The notes: generated from the letters alone by a model not told the origin. DNA of 64,000 nt from Camelus dromedarius (GCF_036321535.1 NC_087437.1:82834001-82898000), one strand, 5' to 3'; shown: positions 13,011 through 26,811, numbered from the stretch's first letter. Program-made: numbers and translations.

Positions 13011-14249
13011 CACAGGTACCTTTTCATCCCAGGCTATTAATCTTAGAAGTTTAGTTTCTAATCTTAGAAGTTGGAAACTCTTTTGGTAGAGCAGGAAAGT
13101 GGAAAATCAATTCTTATTGATGCTCTGTAAAGATTGCCAGAAATAACTCTAGAGTGTAAGGCAATTCAGTTTGTCTACTTTTCCCAATCAGTCAACCAGG
13201 TGGCAGTGAACCCCTATCCAGGCATGTATCCTCTTAAACTCCTAAAATACAGATTTAATGTAATCATCACTCAAGTGCCTGTGGTATATAGATCCTAATT
13301 CACGTAATCGCTCCCAAAATACCACTTTCCTATTGGTTTAACAGTTACTATTCTCTAGTTCTTTCAAGGCATATTTTAGTTGCATACTTTTTAGTTGTCT
13401 TTAGAATTGTAAAATAAAGTATTCAGTCATCCTTGCTTGGTATTAATTTAACACACATTTGTACGCCATCAGTGTGCTCGGAGAGAGCACATGTGAGGTG
13501 TTGTCTCCAGCAGCGTGTTGGGTACCTTAGCATCGTGCTGGACTCAGCGTTTCTGTGTGGAATCACTCATCTTTATGATTGCCTTATGACCTTCCAGGTT
13601 TTCCCCTACAGGATGGTCCATGGTCGGACTTAGACAAACATGCTAACAATCCATAACTTTTATTCATCCATTTCACTCATCCCCTTCTCCTGTTACGCTG
13701 TGATTGCTGCTGGTGATGCAGCAGTGAGACCAACAGCTGTGGGCGCTGCCCGGAGCCTAGGCATCATCAAATGATGTTGCTTATAACTGTATAGTTACAA
13801 CAGATCATTCTTACATGACACATGTTACTCTGAGAACATACAATAGTCATCCATATGTTAAAAAAAAAAACCAAAAAACCGTAAGTACCTACTGTGTACT
13901 CACAGTTTGACTTGGCAGAGATCAGGAACAGCTTCTGAAAGCCAGTGACGGTTAAGATGAGATTTAGAGAGGAGTGAGCTAGGGGACTGGGTAGAGGGGA
14001 TACTTTCCCGGCCAAGAGAGCACAGGAGCAAACAGAAGACTAGTGTGGCAAGAAGCCAAGACAGGGACAAAAACGAGACTGAGGCCTTTGTCTTCTATCC
14101 TAAGAGCAGAAGGAAACCTTTGAAATGCTTGAACCGGAAGCTGCCTTTTAGTCAGCCTGTGAACTAGGTCTTAATTAGACAAGATTAGCTCTTACTCAGA
14201 TTTGTTGATTTTGAGATAGAAAATGTTGAAACTTTAAAATTCTGTCTTA

Positions 14250-14420
14250 TGTGGAGTGTGCTTTAGAATTACCTGGTGGACTTGTTAAAGCAGATTTTGG
14301 TCCCTACTCCTGGAGATTCTGTAGGTCTGGATGATGTTCAAGAATTTGAATTTTTAGGAACTTCCCAGAAGGTGCTGCTGCTGCTGGTCCTGTCCGTGGA
14401 CCAGATTTAGAGGAGCAGTG
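14250..14420. mobile_element. MER5A-like hAT-Charlie MITE
   Basis: tagaattacctggtggacttgttaaagcagatt...gattctgtaggtctgga...gctgctggtcc...ggaccagatttagag. Confidence 0.7.
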
Positions 14421-14837
14421 ATTTAGAGCCACAGCATTAACTTACCTCTTTTGTCACTGTTCTCCTCATGTGTAATCAGCAAAGGAACCTTTTTACTCAT
14501 ACAATAACTAAGAATTTTTGTTTGTTTCAGGACCTATATCTTACAGAAACTAAGGCTATAAATTATAGTTCTCTGTGTACCATCCATGTGTGTGATGTAT
14601 GACTCTGTGAGGTGACGTGGTAATATTCAGTATAGGGTAGACATAGGCCCAGAGATCAAGATACTTAAAATCAGAAAGAAGTTGTGATTAACAAAAATTT
14701 GTAAAAAGTTAAAGTATTTGACAGCTGTAAAGGTTTCAAAATTGAGAACAAAATGATTTGTGATTTGGAAACGGTTGGTGTTTCAGCAAGAATAAACCTA
14801 TTATTATTGAATTAGTTTTTTATTTCTGTTTTTCTAG

Positions 14838-14889
14838 ATCTAATTACTTGTTTAGACACTGCATCCAGTTTTTTGGAACCTGAGTTCAG
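14838..14889 (+). CDS. DCBLD2: DCBLD2 exon 4 (start of LCCL domain)
   Basis: ttctag|AT...TTCAG|gtatga, 52 nt; (D)LITCLDTASSFLEPEF(S). Confidence 0.96.
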
Positions 14890-16284
14890 GTATGACCATA
14901 TTTGTGACTTTTCCCCCTTAAATGTTACTTTTCATCTGCTTCATCCTCATCTTATGCACTTAAGATTAATGTACGTGGTGTGACACATAATCATTGTTCT
15001 TAAACATCAATAAATCAGAGCTTATTTAAAACCATTGAGTAGCCATGTTTAAACTTTGCTTCCCTTTAGCATTTGAATCTTCTCCACAATGGAAATACAG
15101 TTTGAAAGTACTCTAAAAGTAGTAGAACTAGACACTCTTCAAAGTCTGGCACAACTCCTAATAATGGTAGAAGAGCTATTTATCTTTTCTCAAAAAAAGT
15201 AAGAGGATGATTGAGGCTGTTACAAAATTCTTCAGTGTTCTTACTGGGTGGCATTTTTACTACCCTTTCCCTGCTTTATGCCCTTGTCTTGCCTGGACTA
15301 GGATTAATTTGTAATTGATTTCCCATTTCTAACCTTCGCTGGCTTTTTTCTGCCATTCACATTCTGCCGGGTTATTTTCTAAAATCCATATCTGATCACC
15401 CCCTTGCTTTATTATGACAAAATGTCATCCATGTCCCTTAGTCTGGTTCCAGGGTCCTTAACAAGTAGTTTTTGGGCCATTTTTCTAGTCTTATGTACTC
15501 ATTTTGAAATGTCTCTGGATTATTTATACTGCTCTGCTCTCTCAGAACTTTCGTCCAGAATCACTTGATTCTTCTCTGCTTAGCAAATTGATTCTTGTCT
15601 TCTAAGACCCATCTCACTCACCTCTCTCAGCTTGCTACGACACCCCCAGAGAACCTTCCTTCTGTCTTCAGGAATGGTTCTGTCCATGTGGGATGGGGGT
15701 GCTCTTCAGTACTCTTGGGGGATCTGGTCAGCAGAGGTGACCCTGGCATCAGTGTATGTCACACGGCCCTGCCAGAGGGCCAGCTGTCTTGGACCCTTCA
15801 CTCTCCAGTAACTGTCACCACCCAAACGCAAGCTGCCATCCTCTTTCTCTGGGCTGCTGCACTCTCTAGCTAACGTCTCATCTTCCACTCACAGTCCATA
15901 AGGTCTCTTCTTTCCAGGAGCCAGAATTACCTTTTTAAAAAAATGAATCAGATTATGTGTATACACTGTCAAAATCCTTTATCGACTTCCTGTTTTTCCT
16001 TCAAAATACATTCCAAGACTCCTCACCATCGCTCCCACAGCTTCTGCATGATCTGGTCTCTGTCCCCCGTTGCAGGTTCTCTCAGACTAGCCTTTCTCAC
16101 TGCCCTCTGCCTGCACTGGTGGCCCTCATGGCCAGACATACACAGGTCATCCTGTCTCCCGGGCATGCCGTTCCTTCCGATGGGCGTGCATCTCCCTCCA
16201 CTTGATCCAGTGACGGTCGGTGGGTCTCTGCTTCTTCCCTTCCTCGGAGCCCTGCTCCCTGACTGAAGCAGTGCAGAGCCCTGC

Positions 16285-16485
16285 GTGTGAACACGGACTC
16301 TGGAGCGCATTGGCCACTTAACAGCTGTGTGACCTGGGCACACAGCTCATCAGTTTCCCCATCTGTAGAATGAGGATAATAATAGTACCTCCCATATAGG
16401 GTTGTTAGGGGAATTACCTCAACTGTGTACTCAGAATGCTGCCTGGCACAGAGTAAGTTCACTAGATGTTTGTGTTACTTTTATT
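16285..16485 (+). mobile_element. MIR SINE
   Basis: ggactctggag...ccacttaacagctgtgtgacctgggca...cagtttccccatctgtagaatgaggataataatagtacctcccatatagggttgtt. Confidence 0.9.
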
Positions 16486-17111
16486 AAGCTGGATTCCTCC
16501 CTGTTATTTCCTAGAGCACCTTTTGTTTATAGCAGAATCATAATCTACTCACTCATTTGAATGTCGGTTTAATGTCTTGTCCCATCACTGGAATGTAAAC
16601 CGGGTGAGGAGTGCACATTATTTGGTTGACCTTTGTAAACCCAGTACCTAGCACAGCCCAGCACTTACCAGACACATAATAGACATTCAGGTAGATGTGT
16701 TGAGTGGGAGGTGGATGAGTGAGTGAGTAAATGAATGAATGCCAACATTTTTTTAATCAACTTAAATTTGATCAATAGAGGATTGGTAAAATAATGTATG
16801 GTATTTCCACAAAATCAGTTGTTGGTAGCTATTAAATACTGTGAATAGCTCTCACAGTAGAAATATTCTGCCATTTATTATGAAGTAAAATAATCAAAAC
16901 AGCATGTAGAATATGAGAAAGTTTTTGTGAATATGTAGGTAGAGACATGTTGTGTTTAGCTGGATGAAGAAAGTCTTGAGGGCTGTTGAGTGGTGGTCCC
17001 TCCAGGTGAGGTTATGGTATTTACATTGAACTGAAAAATGGACAAGTGACCTTTTGGTCTTCCCCTAGAAAGGGCAGCACTATGTACCCTTAACTTGTTT
17101 TTATTTCACAG

Positions 17112-17184
17112 TAAGTACTGCCCGGCTGGTTGTCTGCTTCCTTTTGCTGAGATCTCTGGAACGATCCCTCATGGATATAGAGAT
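17112..17184 (+). CDS. DCBLD2: DCBLD2 exon 5 (LCCL)
   Basis: tcacag|T...GAT|gtaagt, 73 nt; [24 protein letters not shown]. Confidence 0.96.
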
Positions 17185-17498
17185 GTAAGTTGGATATAGG
17201 TTGGATATAATGTTAAAGTGGTGATAAAACTTTTATTTTTTTAACTCCATCATAGATAGGTGTGTAACCTATTGTATATCTTGATTTTTATTCTCTAGGA
17301 ATTACTTCTTTTTAGTAGTATGCGATGTTTTATTCTTTATCTTCTGTTAAAATATCTGTTCTATGTTATGGCATCAGTAATCTCATGTTTACTAAGAAAG
17401 CTGGCCAGATCAGTTATTTCTAGAGGAAGTATAAGTGCTGTATTTCTGAATCATCAAAAGAAATTTTAAAACCAATCTTTCCTTTTTCCCTCCTCAAG

Positions 17499-17632
17499 TC
17501 CTCGCCGTTGTGCATGGCTGGTGTGCATGCAGGAGTAGTGTCAAATGTTTTGGGTGGCCAAATCAGCGTCGTAATCAGCAAAGGCATCCCGTACTATGAA
17601 AGCTCCCTGGCTAACAACGTCACGTCTGTGGT
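17499..17632 (+). CDS. DCBLD2: DCBLD2 exon 6 (LCCL)
   Basis: ctcaag|TCC...GTGGT|gtaagt, 134 nt; [44 protein letters not shown](V). Confidence 0.96.
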
Positions 17633-18343
17633 GTAAGTCTATGTGCTGTTTGTAACAAGCACGTTGCACAGAGGTGGGGTAGGGACGAATTAGGGCTCAG
17701 CAACATCAATGTCAGTGGTGTCTGTGAAGTAATGTGTTTGCGGTAAGGACTCTCACTGTGTGTGCTTGGTGTCTGAATGTCTGCAAGAGCACAGGCAGGG
17801 TCATCCGACCTCAGCTTTTCTCCATCAGAAAGGTAGGTGGTCGTGTGGAAGAGTGATTTATTTGCTTCTCCTTTTCTAAGTGTTGAAAGAGCCTGGAGCA
17901 AGGCTGGAAGTTTATTGCCAAACCCTGACTTCATTTTAAAGATCAGGAGGCATAACTACTGTGTTCCTCGTAGCCTCTGTGACCCAGGATGGATTAGGGT
18001 AACTGGAATGCTTTGACTATAAATCAAATGTAATCAAATGTTGGCATTAATCAGAGATAGTATTATTACGACTCCCTCTCATCCCAAGAGAATATTATAA
18101 GCATGTATTTTTGTGGTGTTTATGATGTTCTACTATTTTACAAAACATAGACTAGGCATCAAAAGCAGGAGAAGTGGAAACATTAAATGGAAGTTTTACA
18201 CATTGATCCATTTCTGCAGATCTTGCATCTGAAGTAGGCTCGGTCCTGCAGACAGGACCTGGGCCTAATTGAAACCACCTTCTCTTCAGTTCTAGACCAG
18301 TTCAGAAGCCAGGAGCGTGAGCCGTACTCAGGACAGTGCAAAG

Positions 18344-18523
18344 CAGGAGGCAGCAGACTTTTTGTAGAGGGCCAGCTAACGATATTTTAGGCTTTATGGG
18401 CCACATACCTGTCATTGACTCTCTGTCATTTTATTTACAACTTTTTAACCATGTAAAAAGCATTCTGAGCTCCCTGGTCATACAGAATAGGCCATGCCTG
18501 GGGCTGTCATTTGCCCACCCCTG
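18344..18523. mobile_element. MER58-like hAT-Charlie MITE
   Basis: cagg...agactttttgtagagggccag...atattttaggctttatgggccaca...tttgcccacccctg termini. Confidence 0.75.
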
Positions 18524-19336
18524 GTATAGAGTCGGCTACTTTAATTTCTGGTTTCTTCTAGATGATTTTATGCAGATCATTTCACTCCTTTCCACTATTC
18601 TACCTTTAGAAAGATTTTTTTTTTCATGAGTTCTTTCTTGCATACTTTTAAAAAAAACCGGATAGGTTGCATCCACTTATAATGGTTTGAATGTTGTGCT
18701 AAAGGCAGGAGCAGGAGTATGGATGGTTTTATCCCTCAAAGTTCCTCGGTGTCCTTTAACCTCCTTATGGGGAACTAATCACTCGTCCCACCCCTGCATT
18801 CTCCGGAAGCACCTCTTCTGCCAGTGACTTTGAAATCCAAATGCAGTGCTCCGATGTAACACGAAACTTGTTCATAGACAGACTGATGTCTTGCAACAAA
18901 TGAAGTCTCTTATTAATAGCCAGCTTTTCTTCTGTTTGTCCTGGGAAACTTGAGCCTCTTTCTCTGAGAATTATTCCACCAAAAGCAGTTGCCACAGAAA
19001 CATTTTAAGGATCAGTTTATTTCATGAAGAAGAAGTAATATTAGTACATATTACAGTTACATGGATGCACTTGCATAATCATGTATGAAGCTAGGCACTG
19101 GATGCTTGTAGAGAAAATTGTTTATGCTGAGTTAGAAGTTACTCTGCTTGGTTAGAAATGAGACTTTTTTTTTTTTTTATGCTAAGAACAATATATCAGT
19201 TGTCTAATATGTAGCCATAGACTATTCTTAGTTCTTTATACAGTGAAATAAACAAAAGAAGTTTTTGGTAAAAGACAAATTGGAGGCAGTCATGTGTTAT
19301 ATGAGTGTAACCAAAAAAACCCTTTCTCTCTTTCAG

Positions 19337-19377
19337 GGGACACTTATCTACAAGTCTTTTTACATTTAAAACAAGTG
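19337..19377 (+). CDS. DCBLD2: DCBLD2 exon 7 (end of LCCL)
   Basis: tttcag|G...AGTG|gtaagc, 41 nt; GHLSTSLFTFKTS(G). Confidence 0.95.
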
Positions 19378-19619
19378 GTAAGCTTCTCATGGACTTTATA
19401 CCTTATTATAATTTGTATAGTAGCCAATATTTTTTTGAATATTGTGCGCCAGGCATGTTGCCAATTGCTGGGCTGTTTTTTTGTTGTTGTACTTTCTCAT
19501 TTGGTCATCACAATAACTCAGTGAAGAGGTTAGATAGGTACTTAATGTAATAAACCAGAGGTTTTATATTACTAGGGATGTGATCATGAAAGCAAGGAAG
19601 TTTCTTAGAGAATGTCTGA

Positions 19620-20000
19620 AGTAATTAACTCATTCAACAGAACAGATATTGAGTGCCTTTTTTCAGTCTATTAGGCAGGCACTGTTCTGCTGCTAGTGAA
19701 ACAAAAGTTAGCAGAATAAATAAAATTCTGCTTTCCTGGAGCTTACATTTGGGTAGTGAGAGATTGACAATAAACATTGGATAAGTAAATGAATGTTTAT
19801 AATGTGCTGTTTATAATAGTATAAAAGATGTAGAAAAATAAGGCAAGGAGAGAGGACAGGCATTGCAGGAGGGACTGGTTTGAAGTTTAAAGTGGGGTTA
19901 GGGCAGGCTTCATGGAGAATATGACATCTGAGCAAACCCCCGAGGGAGGGAGAGGCGTGAGTTGCCCACTGAAGTGGGGCGAGTATCCCAGGGAGGGGGT
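19620..20000 (-). mobile_element. L2 LINE 3' fragment, antisense
   Basis: cattcaacagaacagatattgagtgcc...aggcactgttct...tggagcttacatt...atgacatctgagcaaac. Confidence 0.7.
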
Positions 20001-20236
20001 AATGTGTTGCCATTAAACTAATGGTCATTGTTGTGAATAAATATGTCTGTATGTTCCCTGATGAGACACAGAGATACAGACGCAGGAAGCATTTGCCTGC
20101 TTTTGAAATCCTCTATTACAGTATGCTGTTAGCATAGTGTATGTTAATTAAAGGTACAATACAGAGTTTCCAATGAACAAGTGTTTATGGATTTTGGGTT
20201 TACATCTGGAAGCCAGTTTATTTTCTTCTGTTTCAG

Positions 20237-20452
20237 GTTGTTATGGAACACTGGGGATGGAATCCGGCGTGATTGCCAATCCTCAAATAACGGCCTCATC
20301 TGTGCTGGAGTGGACGGACCACACGGGGCAGGAGAACAGCTGGAAACCTGAAAAGGCCAGGCTGAAAAAACCTGGACCTCCTTGGGCTGCTTTTGCCACT
20401 GATGAGTATCAGTGGTTACAAATAGATCTGAACAAGGAAAAGAAGATCACAG
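20237..20452 (+). CDS. DCBLD2: DCBLD2 exon 8 (FA58C/discoidin domain)
   Basis: tttcag|GT...ACAG|gttaag, 216 nt; [71 protein letters not shown](G). Confidence 0.97.
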
Positions 20453-21210
20453 GTTAAGAGACATTATTTTCTAGATGGTTTATAATAGTGATTTCATTTG
20501 GAAACCTGGTGACCTCTAAGAATTTTAAAGAAAATTAAGTCACTGCAAATTTAATTCTGTGGTTTTACATTTTCTTTACTGGTGTTAATATTACTGAAAA
20601 GGGTCTTACAAAGCATGGCGAAGGAGAGGAGTTGGTAAAAGCTTTTCTTTTTCATTGTAATAAGATTCTTTTGAGGTAGTTTTTCAGTAAGGTAATCTTG
20701 AAACATCTGAAATAACTATCTTTTACAGTTATTAAGAGAAATTTACTTTCAAGGACTCCATTTTAAGTGCGACAAATAATATTCCATGTGTGCAAGTATA
20801 AGTTTATGTAGAACAGCTTAACAAATGGTCAGAGTAATTGTTTAGGATTAGTTTAGATAATTTTGTTAAAGATTTATTTTGCTTTGGTACCAAAAATAAT
20901 GCCAGTAATCATCTTTCATCTATTCATTCCCAGGAAGTCATTCTTACTCAGTCGGTGAAATATATTTTGCAGTGACATACACACAGGCTGCCATAAGCTT
21001 TCCTTGTGTGCGCCCATAATTCTTCTGTCTCTGCAAGCCAACAAAGCCAAAGATTTAGTTACTATCATGGTGTGGAACCTTGCACTTAGGAATGGTAGTG
21101 TGCCATAGACAGAAATGTTGGCACACTGCATACTAGGTGTTTATGCTTTGGTGATGAACAAAAATGAGGACCAGACTGTGAGCACTAATGAAGGAACTCT
21201 CCATTCCCAG

Positions 21211-21335
21211 GCATTGTAACCACTGGCTCCACCATGGTGGAGCACAATTACTACGTGTCAGCCTACAAAATTCTCTACAGTGATGATGGGCAGAGATGGA
21301 CTGTGTACAGAGAGCCTGGTGTGGAGCAGGATAAG
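21211..21335 (+). CDS. DCBLD2: DCBLD2 exon 9 (FA58C)
   Basis: branch-like cactaat, then tcccag|GC...AAG|gtaaaa, 125 nt; [41 protein letters not shown]. Confidence 0.97.
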
Positions 21336-22559
21336 GTAAAATGATTACCAAAGTATTTTTAAAGAACTTTTTTTTTTTTTTTTTAATGGGCCTTTGCCAG
21401 AAGTCACAGAGGCTCTTCCTGTGTGATATAAAAATTAGATATCATTTGATCTTACTCTGCCCTCTTCTGGTTATTTTAGGTAGTGTTAGTGGCCTTACCC
21501 TTCTGTCTATGGTTAGGAAATTCTCAGTGCTACTAGGTCCCTTTTGAATGACTGTAAAGTTGAGCACTTTCCTGGTGTTTGTCCACTACATTTTTAATTC
21601 AGTTGCTTAAATACTTTATGAAGAAATTCTGAAAAGAAACTTTAATTTCTTGTCTTTAAAAAGCTTTTCTTATCACTCCACAGAATAATAGAGAATCTAA
21701 TTTGTTCCCAGATTTCTACTCTGTAGGCAAGTGGGGGACAAAAGACAAAAGAGCTAAAGGCACAAGGGCATTAAATTATGGGATGTTATAGGCCTGAAAG
21801 GTCATTTCAGGATCACCTCACCAGCTTTTGTCTTAGAAAACAGCAAATTTTTCTACCTGAAGAATTTTCTTAACTTCTGTGATTATGAACCATTGTTTTA
21901 GTTAGCAAATAATGACAGTGCTGGGGTGTGCCAGGACAGATAAGGGGCGGAGCGAGAGTAAGCAGAGGTGGCTCTCAGCTGGGTGCTAGTACTTTTGCCC
22001 GGCCTCCTGGCCCTTGATCCACCCACCACAAGGCCTGTAACTGCGGGAGTCCCTGTCCCCAAGGAAGGTGGATGCCTCTCGTCTAGAATTGAAACCATGA
22101 GCACATTGTTTTCAATGAAACCTCCCTATGAGTTTTGTTCCAGTTATACGATACCATCAGCTCTCTCTCTCTATATGATTTGCTAATATATTTTCAGTTA
22201 CCACTTTTCTCATCTCTCTGTTCAGAAAACCCCAGGGGCTCCCTTTAATTTTTCATATGGATCTAAGCTCTCTCATGCTGTTATTCAGGGGCTGCTTTCC
22301 TCTCTTCTGCTTACTATCACACAAACTTCTTCTTTGGTGAGACTTTACCTGTGAGGCAGATAACAGCATTGTCTCTATACTAACTTGCTTCTGCTGAATC
22401 CCACAAACTTGACTGCTTTTTACTATTGGCACATCCGTATTTATTTGTTTAATAACACTTGGCATACTTGGCAGAATATAGTTTTTTTGAAATTATAAGT
22501 GTTATCCATGCTTATTATAAAAACATCTAACAACATTGAATTATATTTCTGAAAACCTT

Positions 22560-24030
22560 TTTTTGTTTCCTTTTTGGAAGGTCATTTCACTAGGTATAGA
22601 ATTCTAAGTTGACAGTTTTTTCTTTGAATACGTTGAATATCCTGGTCCATTGCTTTCTGGTTTGCATTGTTTTCAGCAAGAATTCTGCTATGATTCTTAC
22701 CTTTGTTCCTCAGTGTGTAATGTGTCTTTTCTTTCTCTTGGCTACTTTTGAGATTTTCTTTTTATCATTTATTGTAAGTAGTTAGATTATGATGTACCTT
22801 TGTATAGTTGTCTTCCTGTTTCTTCTTCTTGGGCTTCTTTGAACTTCTTGGATCTGTGGGTTATAATTTGTATCCGATTTAGAAAATTGTAGACCATTTC
22901 TTCTTGAAATACATTGCCTCCTCGATTCTAATTACATGAATATTGTGAAACTTGAAGATGTATCCAGTTCACTGGTGCTTGTTTATTTATTTTTTTCAAT
23001 CTTTTTCTCTCCATGTTCCAGTTTGGAAAATTTTATTGTTTTGTCTTCAAGTTCACTAATCTATTCTTCTGCAATGTCTAATGTGCTGTTAATCCTATCC
23101 AGTGTATTTTTATCTCCAACATTATATTTTTCACATCTAAATTTTCAGTTTTGCATTTTTTAAATTTCTTCCATGTCTCTCCTAATGTAGCTTTTCTTTA
23201 CCTGTAAAGCGCCTGGTTATATACTAACCCTTTTAATGCACTTATCTATCTATCAGTGTGTCATATCCGAGTCTTTTTATATCGATTGGTATTATGGGTC
23301 CTTTTACATACCAGGTAATTTTTCATTGGCCAGACATTGTGAACTTTATATTGTTTGGTGTCAGATTTCTTTTTTTGCTATTCCTCCTTTAAATATTTTC
23401 TAGCTTTATTTTGAGATGCAGTTAAGTTGCTTGGGAATCATTTGATTGTTTCAGTCTTTTCATTATAGCTTTTTCAGGCAGGACCTGAGCAGCTTTGGTC
23501 CTGATTTTTCCCCTCTGCTGAGACAATACTGTTCTAAGAACTCAACTCCACGCTTCATGTATTAGAAGGTTTCTCCACTCTTTTGGCAGTAGGAGCTGGC
23601 CTGGCCCTGAATAACTCTGAGAATTGTTCTGCTGGCTTCTTTCCAGTGTTGTGTTTTTGTTTTTTTTTTTCTTTTTTCCCTGTCCACAGATAGGTTGGCT
23701 GTTTAAGGGAAAACCCCTACAGATCATAGAAGTCTCTGTCTGTACAGTTCTTGCCTCTCCCATACTCTGTCCTGCAGATTCTAGCTGCCTTATTCTCTTA
23801 TCTCTGAGCACTCTCCTCAACTCACTGAGACCACCAGGCTCTCTCCAGGCGCTACTGGGGCAGTAGAGGGGTTCACCTCTTTTGTTTGTATTCTCTTGGG
23901 ATTATTATTGCCCTATGTGCCTGCTGTCCCGTATCTGGAAACCATTGTTTCTTGTATTTTATTCAGTTTTTCAGATGTTTAAGGCAGAAGGGTGAATCCA
24001 GTCCCTGTTAGTCTATCATAGGTAAACGTG
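22560..24030 (-). mobile_element. Old L1M internal/5' fragments, antisense
   Basis: ttcactaggtatagaattctaagttgacag, gaacttcttggatctgtggg, tcttcaagttcactaatc motifs typical of L1M ORF1 region. Confidence 0.65.
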
Positions 24031-25795
24031 GAAATCCTTACATTGAATTAGATGAAATAATAATATTTTGCCTCAGTTATGTTCATCTATCTGCTCTCTC
24101 ATCTACCCCCAGCTCAGGGCTAAGTGGTACATTTTCATACCCTTTCTAAGCGTGCACACATGCATGAGCACATACACAGACTGAGGCAGCTTTTGGCTTT
24201 GTTTTCAGGAAATGGGGATGTATATACAAGTTGTTCTCATTAAATATTGCTTTTTAATATTATGCCATATTTGTGTGTGGTAATATCCAATAAAACTTAA
24301 ATTCCTTGAGAGTGGAAACCTTGACTTCGTTTCCATTTTACCTTCATGGCACCTTGTGATCCCCGCCACTACATGGAGGTTCATAATAAATGCTCATAGG
24401 TTAAATACAGCAAATCTTTTTAACTTAGTTCTTATAAAATTTTTCTCCTGTAAGATTTTTATGAAAATGAGACTGTAATATGGAGTAAAATTTCAGGGAT
24501 AGTTTTTAATGTCCTAAAATGATACTTAGTATTGTTTCTCTTCCACTAGTATAATAGACTGCAAATAATTGCCTTCATTTTATGTCAGAATAATATCTGA
24601 GGAAATACTGGAAGCTCACTAGTTTGGATATTGTTGTAACTTCCAACTTCTTACAAAATGAAGTTTTTTACACATTTAAAAGTTTATAACATAATGGCAT
24701 TTGAATCAGCCAGGAAGAAAATAGCTATAATTTTTGGAAACAATTTGACTGAGGACTTAAACATTTTCTTGTTCTCACATTAACTGATAAAAAGCCACTT
24801 TGATTTTAGACAGGTGACTATTAATGGTCTTTAGAAACTACCTAGGTGATTTGGCCTTAAGGGACAAAGAGGGCTCTTGTTTGCTTGGTGGAGCCCTGTG
24901 CTTAAGTCAGAGGGCACATTCAAATCACTGCTCCAAATTGACTGGCTGTGCAGTGCATTTCCATTCCATAAGCTGCAGTTTTCTGGCTTCTGCCTGTTTT
25001 GTAGGGTTGTCATGAAGAGCATCTGAGTTAATTATATGAGAATGCTTTATGAATGTTAAGACCTGTTTCAGTGTGAGATACTATTATTGTTTGCTTGAAA
25101 TGGTCATGGGAATTAGGTATTCACTTGAAGTATATTTTTACTTAAAGATATTCATATACTGCACCTGTGGCTGTTTAGTTAAGATGATTAAATTAGGCAG
25201 TGAACTGAGTCACTTTTCTGGTTCAATAGCAACAAGAAATGAAAATGGATAATATAGGAGCTGTGTTCATGTAGTTTATCCAGTAGGTGGGGTTATGTGT
25301 TCATTAGCGCATGTTCACTTTCAGTCTATTTGTTGAGAGAAAAAGTGTGAAAAGTACACAGTAAAAAGTCCACTTTTCCTCTAAGAACTCATACGTTCAA
25401 TTATGCTTTACTTTGAAAATAAAATTAATATATTTAAATAGTTAATGATTCCACAGGACTAGATTACTAATTTATTAACGCAATATCCTGTGCACTACAA
25501 TTGGAACCCTCTTCCCAAATTGCCAAGTTAACACTTTCGTTATGTTTAAGTCATCTTAAAATCATTTTTATATTCTGTATTTTCCTTTTATAAATTTTTG
25601 GTGAAGAATATGCAGCTTCTTACTAGTTTTTCCAAATTATGATTTATTTATTTTCTTAGAAATTAATGCCTATTGTCATACTTTGCAGAGCTCATTTAAG
25701 GCCCAGAGCAAAAATCATGAACGTGTTTCAGTGGAGCATTTTAGCCCTGGCCTCTGTTGATGTAAAGTACCAATTTTTTGTTGTTTTTTTTAAAG

Positions 25796-25946
25796 ATATT
25801 TCAAGGAAACAAAGATTATCACCAGAATGTGCGTAATAACTTTCTGCCACCAATTATTGCACGTTTTATTAGAGTGAATCCCACCCAATGGCAGCAGAAA
25901 ATTGCCATGAAAATGGAACTGCTTGGATGTCAGTTTATTCCTAAAG
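25796..25946 (+). CDS. DCBLD2: DCBLD2 exon 10 (end of FA58C)
   Basis: ttaaag|ATA...AAAG|gtaaac, 151 nt; [50 protein letters not shown](G). Confidence 0.97.
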
Positions 25947-26724
25947 GTAAACAGTATGGTTTAAGACATGTTATTTTCACTGGATTAATTAAAAATGTAC
26001 TCTTCTCAGAAAAAATAATAATTGAATGTTTATCCTCTAGTTACAGTATCTTCTTAAAGAGATTTTTAAAAAGTAGTAGTTATCCCTATTGAATATCATA
26101 TTAGGTATCAAACTGGTTTCCAAAATTACAGATGGAAGAAAGAAGAGAGCATCACTGCTGAGAAAATGCAGTGAGACTGTTTTCCAAATCTAGTCTCAAG
26201 CCTGAGTTTTTAATTAGATCTTATATAGTCTTTGTGTCACATAAGTGCTGATGATTGTAACACTAACCTAAGTCTAAGTGCCTTTTACTTTGAATAAATT
26301 TAAAATGGGAATAATGTCCTTTAGAATTATATAATATTTTAGTACTTTGTTTACTGTTGTATCCCCCAAAACTGTGCCTAACACATAGTGGGCCCTCCAA
26401 AGATATTTATTAAATGAATTGAATGAGTACGGAATCATATCGTGATGAAATGTTTATAGCTTTACCATTCAGCGTCATCCTCCTCCCTGTTACTCTCTTT
26501 CCAGAGAAGATTATTTTTAGACAATCATTTAAAAACCCAGAAATCCCAGTATATTTGTGCATTTAATGTAGAATTTATTTATCCTTCTGATGTAGTTCTC
26601 TCTGAGATTTAAAATTACTGTGAAGAATCAAGTACTCTGGGAAGTGTTAAAGATACTTAAAATACTATTTTTAACTATGATTTTTATAGCAAAATGTATA
26701 AACTTTTCTAAACCATTTTTCAAG

Positions 26725-26811
26725 GTCGTTCTCCAAAACTTACTCAACCTCCACCTCCTCGGAACAGCAATGACCTCAGAAACACTACAGCTCCTCCCAA
26801 AATAGCCAAAG
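26725..26811 (+). CDS. DCBLD2: DCBLD2 exon 11 (Pro/Thr-rich stalk)
   Basis: ttcaag|GT...AAAG|gtatgc, 87 nt; [28 protein letters not shown](G). Confidence 0.96.

Noticed and set aside
12647..13027. 126-aa minus-strand ORF as a novel protein
   Set aside because: It is a frameshift mosaic of the decayed RPL14 retrocopy; only its second half is in the RPL14 frame.
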